From: Alphaproteobacteria bacterium
GTDB lineage: Bacteria; Pseudomonadota; Alphaproteobacteria; JBFXJJ01
DNA: 64,000 bases
NCBI GenBank assembly: GCA_050175015.1
Contig: JBFXJJ010000001.1
Location: 96,001 to 160,000, forward strand
Direction of reading: 5' to 3'
Position 1 is the stretch's first letter; the number at the start of each line of letters is the position of its first letter. Shown here piece by piece: positions 57,510-64,000 of the stretch. Under the pieces are notes generated by a model. The model was not told the origin of the DNA, made no database searches, and was given only the letters and a program-made list of their open reading frames with translations. The translations under genes and the position numbers were made by a program.

Positions 57510-57650
57510 TCAGTTTTTTCTAATAATTCTTTTTATATTTAAAAAAATATCGTATTTTTAAATACAAGACAATGAAGCTAGCTATAATATATACTAATTG
57601 TTATATTTTAGTAACATTGCTCCTTATCTAATCTTTTTAAGGAATCCTTA

Positions 57651-58691
57651 ATGAAACAAAAAATATTTTACCAAATAGCATCTAGCAAGCAGCCTGTAAC
57701 ATTAATTACAGCCTATGCTGTAAGTGGTTCAACGCCTTGCCAGAGCGGTTCAATGCTTGCGGTATTTAATGATGGCTCTAGAGTCGGAACCGTTGGCGGA
57801 GGGCTGGTTGAAGCCAAAGCAATTGAACTTGCTCAAAACTGCTTAAAGCAAAAAACATCAGATGTTTTAACCGTTGATATGCTTGGGCAAAATACTTCTG
57901 AAGAAGAAATGATTTGCGGTGGTACGGTTAAGCTTTGGGTAGAATATATTGAAGATGTTTCACCTTTTAAATTAATTATTCAGAATTTGGACAATGGTGA
58001 TCTAGTTGTAAGAATCGGCAAAATTAGTTTCAAGGGTCAAACAAAAGCCATTATTAACGCTAATAAAGAAGTTGTTTTTGGCAGTCTTGAACAAGTTGAC
58101 TATGAAGCCGTTTCTGAAACCATTTCTCTTAATAAAAACACTTTAAAAGACAATATTTTTTATCAATTTATTGCTCCTTGCGAAAAACTATTAATTCTAG
58201 GCGGAGGCCACGTTGGTCGTGCTTTAGCCAACATTGCGGCAAACTTAGGATTTGAAACAACTGTTGCCGATTTTAGAGCCGAATTTGCTAATAGTTCTCT
58301 TTATCCTGAAAATGTTACTTGTATCAAGGGAGAACTTGCTGAAACTATTGATAATTTTAATTTAAGCGCTAATAGTTATGTTGTTGTTGTAAGTCCAAGT
58401 CATATAACGGACTTAGATTGCGCTAGAGCTCTTATGAAAAAAAATTATCGTTATGCTGGGTTAATGGGTTCACGGCGCAAAGTCAAAATGATTTTTGATA
58501 CTTTAGAGCAAGAAGGCTTTGACCGATACAAAATTGAAACAATTAATGCTCCGATAGGTTTAGATGTTGGAGCCGTTTCTCCAGAAGAAATTGCGGTTTC
58601 TATTTTGGCAGAAATTATTTCGGTTAGAAGAAACTCTGCTCACTTGGAAACCTTCCAGCAAATGAAAAAAGAACGACGTCAAAAGGCATAA
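57651..58691 (+). CDS. xdhC: XdhC/CoxI family molybdenum cofactor chaperone
   Basis: GSTP, GTVGGGLVE, MICGG, GGGHVG, GLMGSRRK, APIGLDVGAVSPEEIAVSI. Confidence 0.9.
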   Translation: MKQKIFYQIASSKQPVTLITAYAVSGSTPCQSGSMLAVFNDGSRVGTVGGGLVEAKAIELAQNCLKQKTSDVLTVDMLGQNTSEEEMICGGTVKLWVEYIEDVSPFKLIIQNLDNGDLVVRIGKISFKGQTKAIINANKEVVFGSLEQVDYEAVSETISLNKNTLKDNIFYQFIAPCEKLLILGGGHVGRALANIAANLGFETTVADFRAEFANSSLYPENVTCIKGELAETIDNFNLSANSYVVVVSPSHITDLDCARALMKKNYRYAGLMGSRRKVKMIFDTLEQEGFDRYKIETINAPIGLDVGAVSPEEIAVSILAEIISVRRNSAHLETFQQMKKERRQKA

Positions 58692-58697
58692 ATTAAC

Positions 58698-59408
58698 GTG
58701 CAGTCTCTTTGCCATATTATTAATAAAATCCTTCCACCCAAAACTGTCATCTCTTTAGTTGGAGCTGGAGGCAAGACCTCGGCATTATTTAAACTTGGAG
58801 AATATTTTAAAAATCAATACAAAATTGCCTTAACAACAACAACTCATATCTATGACCCTCAAAACGAAAAAAACCGCTGTTTTGATACCGTAATATCTAA
58901 TTTTGATATCAATATTATCAAAGATTTAAAAAATGACGAAAAAGATATAGTCGTCTTAGGCGCAGGCAAAACAAAAGATGATAAATTAAAGGGTCTCAAG
59001 TTTGATGAAATTGAAGCTTTAAAAGAGGTTTTTGACTTAATTATTGTGGAAGCAGACGGCGCTAAAAAGAAAGCTTTAAAAGCACCTGATGCCCACGAAC
59101 CTGCCGTTCCTCCATCTAGTAACATTGTAATTGGGGTTATCGGCATTAATGTTCTTGGAAAATCCCTTAATCAAGAAAATGTTCATCGTCCAGAAATATT
59201 TTCAAAGATAACAAATTGCCAGCTTAATAATGCCATTACTTTAGATCACATTATTACTTTGATTAATCACAAAGAAGGCTTATTTAAAAACTGCCCCAAG
59301 GACGCTGTAAAAATTGTTTTTTGCAACCAGTCAGAAGGGCTTTCTTTGGAGCAGAAAGAATATCTAGAAACAACCTTAAGACCTTTAATTGTCTCGTTTT
59401 TTTTCTAA
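58698..59408 (+). CDS. yqeC: Selenium cofactor biosynthesis protein YqeC
   Basis: VGAGGKTS, TTTTHI, VEADGAK...KAP..HEP, VHRPE. Confidence 0.88.
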   Translation: MQSLCHIINKILPPKTVISLVGAGGKTSALFKLGEYFKNQYKIALTTTTHIYDPQNEKNRCFDTVISNFDINIIKDLKNDEKDIVVLGAGKTKDDKLKGLKFDEIEALKEVFDLIIVEADGAKKKALKAPDAHEPAVPPSSNIVIGVIGINVLGKSLNQENVHRPEIFSKITNCQLNNAITLDHIITLINHKEGLFKNCPKDAVKIVFCNQSEGLSLEQKEYLETTLRPLIVSFFF

Positions 59409-61235
59409 CGCTCGAGCATAATAACGGAAAACATCAATTTCAGAAACATACCCAACAACGCTGTAATCTTTAAGGTTAGCTATAACTGGCAAAATTTCTG
59501 TTTTACCTTCTTCAAAAAGTTTAATCGCTCTAGAAACCGAACTGTTATTTGTTAAAACAACTTTTTCTAACGATACCAATCCTAAACTAGAAATAGATTC
59601 GCTTAAAGAATTATCTAAATCAGGTGATTTTGCCATAACGACATCGACCAAACCTTCATAAAGCCCATTATCATCAACGGCTATTACTAAAATTTTGGCT
59701 CTATGTTCTATCATTTTTCTTAGATTTGCTAGCGTTTCATTGATATTGATTGTTTTCATATCATTACGAACAATCGGCTTCACTTTAATTTCATTGAGCC
59801 AGCCAATATCTCTGGCATCTTTAATCATTTTGCCTTTCAAATGGAATTTCCAAGTTGAAAAACTATAACCAAAGTTGGTTCGAACCAACAAAAATGAAGT
59901 GATAGCACCAGACATAACGCCAAGAGCGGCTTTATAATCCCCCGTAAGCTCCAAAACCAGCATAACCATTGTCATTGGAGTACCAATAACACCTGCGCCA
60001 AAAGAACCCATACCAACCAGAACAAATGTCAACATCTGCCCTTCCGTAATGCTGGTAAACTGTCCTACCGCATAGCCTATAATTGAGCCATAAAGACTGC
60101 CGATAAAAATCGATGAACTAAAAAGACCGCCTAAAAATCCTGACCCTAAAGAAACCGATGATGCCACCAGCTTAACAACAAACATAAGAAGCAAAGTATA
60201 AATCGGCCAACTTATATCAAGATTATATTGAATAGCTCTTTGTCCGCTTCCAAGAACCTGCGGCGCAGTCAGTGCCATAAGTCCTAGAGCAAACCCGCCT
60301 ATTGCAGGTTTAAGCCAGTCTGGGGTTGAAACTTTTTTAAATCCCTGTTCGGTCCAAGTTACAATTTTCATTGTAAATATACTAAAATAACCAGCAAAGA
60401 CTCCCATTATAATAAAGACCAAATACTGCCAGGGCTCTATCAGTAAGTCGGTTGTAAGCATAAATATCGGATTAGAGCTTTTAACCAAACGGGTAAACAA
60501 TGCCCCCGAAAAAGCTGCTGCCGATACTGGCGCTAATGCTGAAACCGTATAGCTGCCAAGCATCATTTCAAAAGCATAAAAGGTTCCTGCAAGCGGAGCA
60601 TTGTAAACCGTGGCAATCGCTGCGGCGGCCCCTGCCCCAACAAAGATTCTTAAATCTTCCCTTCTTAAGTGAAACCACTTGCCGATATTAGAAAAAATTC
60701 CTGCACATATCTGCGTATATCCTGCCTCCATACCGACAGATGCACCTGATATGTTAGAAATAATGGTTGTTGTTGTCAGTCTTATACTATCAATTAGATT
60801 AAGCTTGCCTCCCAGTAAGGCATTAGCTTCAACAGGATCGACAATATCATTAGGACGCCATTTTTTAATCAGCCTTTTGATAAGACCTAAACACAGCCCC
60901 CCAATACAAGGTATAATTAAAATACGGCTGCTAGGAATAAAACTAGCGGCACTTAAATATTCATTAGAATTGATTAAAAACAAAATGTGATGGCACCAGC
61001 GAATGCCTCTATTTATAAATAGGACTAAAATACTTAGGAAAATTGCAATAATAACGCACAGCAAAACCAATATAATGGTGCTGTTACGAACATTTCTCTG
61101 TGCTAATTTGATGCGGACAACTGCGTGTTTTTTTAATCTTCTGAAAAAAAGTTGCAGCTTTTTTTTAAGCAAGTTTAATCTTTTTTTATAAAAATCGCTT
61201 ACTTCCGTTTTACATATTTTTAGTTTTTCAAGCAT
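59385..61235 (-). CDS. ClC family chloride channel/antiporter with CBS domains
   Basis: GASVGMEAG, YNAPLAG, GGLFSSS, ELTGDY; C-terminal CBS pair. Confidence 0.9.
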   Translation of the reverse strand: MLEKLKICKTEVSDFYKKRLNLLKKKLQLFFRRLKKHAVVRIKLAQRNVRNSTIILVLLCVIIAIFLSILVLFINRGIRWCHHILFLINSNEYLSAASFIPSSRILIIPCIGGLCLGLIKRLIKKWRPNDIVDPVEANALLGGKLNLIDSIRLTTTTIISNISGASVGMEAGYTQICAGIFSNIGKWFHLRREDLRIFVGAGAAAAIATVYNAPLAGTFYAFEMMLGSYTVSALAPVSAAAFSGALFTRLVKSSNPIFMLTTDLLIEPWQYLVFIIMGVFAGYFSIFTMKIVTWTEQGFKKVSTPDWLKPAIGGFALGLMALTAPQVLGSGQRAIQYNLDISWPIYTLLLMFVVKLVASSVSLGSGFLGGLFSSSIFIGSLYGSIIGYAVGQFTSITEGQMLTFVLVGMGSFGAGVIGTPMTMVMLVLELTGDYKAALGVMSGAITSFLLVRTNFGYSFSTWKFHLKGKMIKDARDIGWLNEIKVKPIVRNDMKTININETLANLRKMIEHRAKILVIAVDDNGLYEGLVDVVMAKSPDLDNSLSESISSLGLVSLEKVVLTNNSSVSRAIKLFEEGKTEILPVIANLKDYSVVGYVSEIDVFRYYARALEKKRDN

Positions 61236-61362
61236 AAGCTAAGATATTAGTTTTGGAGTCATTTCGGAAACTAAAAAATTATTAGATTTTATAACACTTT
61301 GCAAGTTTTTAATTATTTTAAGACTGTTCTTTATGCTTTTATATTTGCTTTTTAAAAATCAT

Positions 61363-61390
61363 ATCGTTATATTTTTATGGATATTACGAT
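61363..61390. promoter_or_regulatory. ModE/MopAB-type Mo-box
   Basis: ATCGTTATAT-N8-ATATTACGAT (28 bp) fits ATCGnTATATA-N6-TATATAnCGAT; 20 bp upstream of modA. Confidence 0.8.
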
Positions 61391-61410
61391 ATGAAAGGGA
61401 TTTAAAAACT

Positions 61411-62208
61411 ATGTTTAAACTAAAAACTTTAACGACATTTTTTGCTGTTGTTCTGCTCTCAGGTTTGGTAACAACCGCATCATTTGCTGAAGATTCTAAT
61501 ACAGTAAATGTTGTTTCTGCATCAAGTCTGCAATTTGCACTTAAAGATATTGCAACCAATTTTGAAGCCGAAACAGGAAAAAAAGTAGCTCTTACTTTCA
61601 GCGCTTCAGGCAATGCCTACCGCCAAATATTACAAGGCGCTCCATTTGAAATTTTTCTTTCTGCCAATGAAGATTTTGTGCTTGATTTAACTAAGGCAGA
61701 AAAAACAGAAGGTGACAGCCTTTTATATGCAGTTGGACGTTTGGTCTTATTTGCATCTGAAAATTCACCTGTAAAAGTCGATGCCGAACTAAAAGATGTT
61801 AAAGCTGCTCTTCAAGATGGCAGGATTAAACACTTTGCGATTGCTAATCCTGAACACGCACCTTATGGTGTAGCCGCTAGAGAAGCCTTAAAAAATCAAG
61901 GACTTTGGGATAGTATGTCTGATAAAATTGTAATGGGTGAAAACGTTTCACAAACTGCACAATTTATATCAACAGGTTCTGCTGAAGCTGGATTAATTCC
62001 TTATTCTTTGGTTTTAAGCCCAAAATCTGCTAATCTTGGAAAATATGTACTTCTACCAGAAGCATGGCATAATCCTATTAACCAAAGAATGGCTTTGCTT
62101 AAAGGTGCTGGCGATACGGCAAAAGTTTTTTATGATTATTTGCAGTCTCCTAAATCACAAGAAGTATTTGCGAAATATGGCTTTGTAATGCCAGAAAAAA
62201 AGGATTAA
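61411..62208 (+). CDS. modA: Molybdate ABC transporter periplasmic protein
   Basis: Signal peptide; SASSL; ASG; IANPEHAPYG; GENVSQT. Confidence 0.95.
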   Translation: MFKLKTLTTFFAVVLLSGLVTTASFAEDSNTVNVVSASSLQFALKDIATNFEAETGKKVALTFSASGNAYRQILQGAPFEIFLSANEDFVLDLTKAEKTEGDSLLYAVGRLVLFASENSPVKVDAELKDVKAALQDGRIKHFAIANPEHAPYGVAAREALKNQGLWDSMSDKIVMGENVSQTAQFISTGSAEAGLIPYSLVLSPKSANLGKYVLLPEAWHNPINQRMALLKGAGDTAKVFYDYLQSPKSQEVFAKYGFVMPEKKD

Positions 62209-62217
62209 TTTATTAAA

Positions 62218-62886
62218 ATGGATTGGGAAGCCCTTCTTTTATCTTTAAGATTAAGCTGTTTAACAGTCTCCTTCCTCCTGCCTATCGGCATTTTAATTGG
62301 CTGGTTTTTAGCTTATAAAAATTTTAAAGGTAAGGCTTTATTTGAAGGGCTTTTCACAATACCTCTAATTCTGCCGCCTACGGTTATTGGTTATTATCTT
62401 TTGATTAATTTTGGCGGCAATTCTTTTTTAGGTGCTTTCTTACAAAAAACCTTTCATATAAGCCTTGTTTTTACTTTTGAAGGTCTTTTGTTTGCTTCCA
62501 TAATTATAAATTTACCTTATGTAATCTTGCCAATTAAAAACGCTTTTAAAGCCATACACCCAGAAATAAGGCAAGCCGCCGCTGTTTCTGGAATGTCCCC
62601 TTGGGTTATTTTGAAAAAAATAGAAATTCCTTTAGCTTGGCCTGGCATTGTAACGGGACTTGTTATTTCTTTTGCTCATACTTTGGGTGAATTTGGAGTA
62701 GTTTTAATGGTTGGCGGCGCTATGGCTGGACGCACAAAAACCATTTCAATCGCTATTTATGATAGGATTCAGGCTTTTGATACCAAAGCCGCAGGATTAA
62801 TGGCAGCCCTACTTTTGATAATTTCTTTATCATCTATCGGTTTGACTTTTTTCTTATCACGCAAATTGGATAAACTTCATGGCTAA
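62218..62886 (+). CDS. modB: Molybdate ABC transporter permease
   Basis: PLILPPTVIGYYLL; FAHTLGEFG. Confidence 0.95.
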   Translation: MDWEALLLSLRLSCLTVSFLLPIGILIGWFLAYKNFKGKALFEGLFTIPLILPPTVIGYYLLINFGGNSFLGAFLQKTFHISLVFTFEGLLFASIIINLPYVILPIKNAFKAIHPEIRQAAAVSGMSPWVILKKIEIPLAWPGIVTGLVISFAHTLGEFGVVLMVGGAMAGRTKTISIAIYDRIQAFDTKAAGLMAALLLIISLSSIGLTFFLSRKLDKLHG

Positions 62887-63976
62887 TACTCTAAAATTAA
62901 AAGTTTATCAAAAAAAACCGATTGCCCTTAATGCCGAGCTTAGCTGTAAATCTGGAGAGTTATTGGCGCTTGTTGGTCCTTCTGGCAGCGGAAAAACAAC
63001 CTTACTTCGAACTATTGCGGGACTTTATACTCCCAAAGAAGCCCAAATCCATTGTGGCAATGACATCTGGCTTGATACTTCTAAAAAAATCAATTTTCCT
63101 ACGCATTTACGTTCTGTAGGTATGGTCTTTCAAAGTTATGCCTTGTTTCCTCATATGAATGTTTTAGAAAACATTACGGCGGCAATGCGTCATCTTCCTA
63201 AATCGGAATGGCATAATAAAGTTTTAAAGCTCCTTGATATGCTTCATCTAAGTGGATTAGAAGAAAGACGTCCCAGCCAATTATCTGGCGGACAAAAACA
63301 ACGTGTTGGCATTGCCCGAGCGCTGGCAAGAGATCCTAAAATACTGCTTTTTGATGAACCCTTTTCAGCAATCGATAAGGCCTCTCGTCATGGACTTTAT
63401 CAAGAGATAATGAACCTCCACGAAAATTTATCTATCCCTATAATTATGGTAACTCACGACTTTGATGAAGCTTCTATGCTAGGCGATAAAATGTCTTTTA
63501 TTCACGAAGGCAATATTATTCAAACCGATACTCCTTATAATGTTTTTACTCGTCCTGCCAACGTAGAAATGGCAAGACTCCTTAATATTAAGAATATTTT
63601 TGAAGGTGAGATTTTATATCATAAAGAAGATGCTACTTATATTAAATGGCATAATAACGTTTTAAAGGCAGCTTTTTATCCCCATTTTGAAGCGCAGGAA
63701 AAAATCTATTTTGCGATGCCTTCTACCGAAATTATTTTGCATCGAGACGATATTCCAGACGTCTTTGAAACTCCGCAAAATACTCTTAACGGAAAAGTGC
63801 TCCAGCTTATTAACTTAAGTGAGAGCATTATGGTTACCGTCGCTGTTAATGATAGCTGCGATACAGTTTCTATGACTGTTCCAGCTCATTTTGTAAAACG
63901 AACCAAGCTCCAGAAAGGTTCATCAATAAAAATATCATTACTCAGCGACGGTATTCATCTTATGAAAAAAGCTTAA
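62879..63976 (+). CDS. modC: Molybdate ABC transporter ATPase with TOBE domain
   Basis: GPSGSGKT; LSGGQ; DEPFSA; follows modAB. Confidence 0.92.
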   Translation: MANTLKLKVYQKKPIALNAELSCKSGELLALVGPSGSGKTTLLRTIAGLYTPKEAQIHCGNDIWLDTSKKINFPTHLRSVGMVFQSYALFPHMNVLENITAAMRHLPKSEWHNKVLKLLDMLHLSGLEERRPSQLSGGQKQRVGIARALARDPKILLFDEPFSAIDKASRHGLYQEIMNLHENLSIPIIMVTHDFDEASMLGDKMSFIHEGNIIQTDTPYNVFTRPANVEMARLLNIKNIFEGEILYHKEDATYIKWHNNVLKAAFYPHFEAQEKIYFAMPSTEIILHRDDIPDVFETPQNTLNGKVLQLINLSESIMVTVAVNDSCDTVSMTVPAHFVKRTKLQKGSSIKISLLSDGIHLMKKA

Positions 63977-64000
63977 GACGCAGCCAAAAGACAAAATTAT

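Overview
AT-rich bacterial chromosomal segment; gene content (Caulobacter-type Tad/Cpa locus, DriD homologue) points to Alphaproteobacteria. Layout: (1) 1-3220, end of a surface-glycan cluster (MurJ-like flippase, methyltransferase, GT4). (2) 3457-16522, complete Tad/Cpa pilus locus with an embedded Crp/Fnr regulator. (3) 18790-45097, a ~26.3 kb island integrated in the 3' half of tRNA-Lys(CTT), bounded by a perfect 47-bp direct repeat. It carries a Dsr1-like sirtuin, a CapW-regulated type II CBASS (CapV, CD-NTase, Cap2, Cap3, plus two extra small genes), a central tyrosine integrase with a frameshifted excisionase, a small HUH Rep next to a stem-loop bearing a CRESS-like NANTATTAC nonamer, a C4-like antisense RNA module, and a DriD-like WYL activator with matching boxes upstream of dnaQ, a UDG-like gene and an MBL hydrolase. 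It also carries a Zn-PLC/lipoprotein pair flanked by repeats. (4) 45272-57337, gmhA and a two-component cluster with three tandem kinases sharing nearly identical transmitter modules. (5) 57651-63976, xdhC, yqeC, a ClC channel and modABC with a ModE-type box. Best candidates for undescribed biology: the island's putative ssDNA-responsive DriD mini-regulon and the HUH-Rep/nonamer-hairpin/C4-like RNA core. All calls are by-eye motif recognition; no searches were run.
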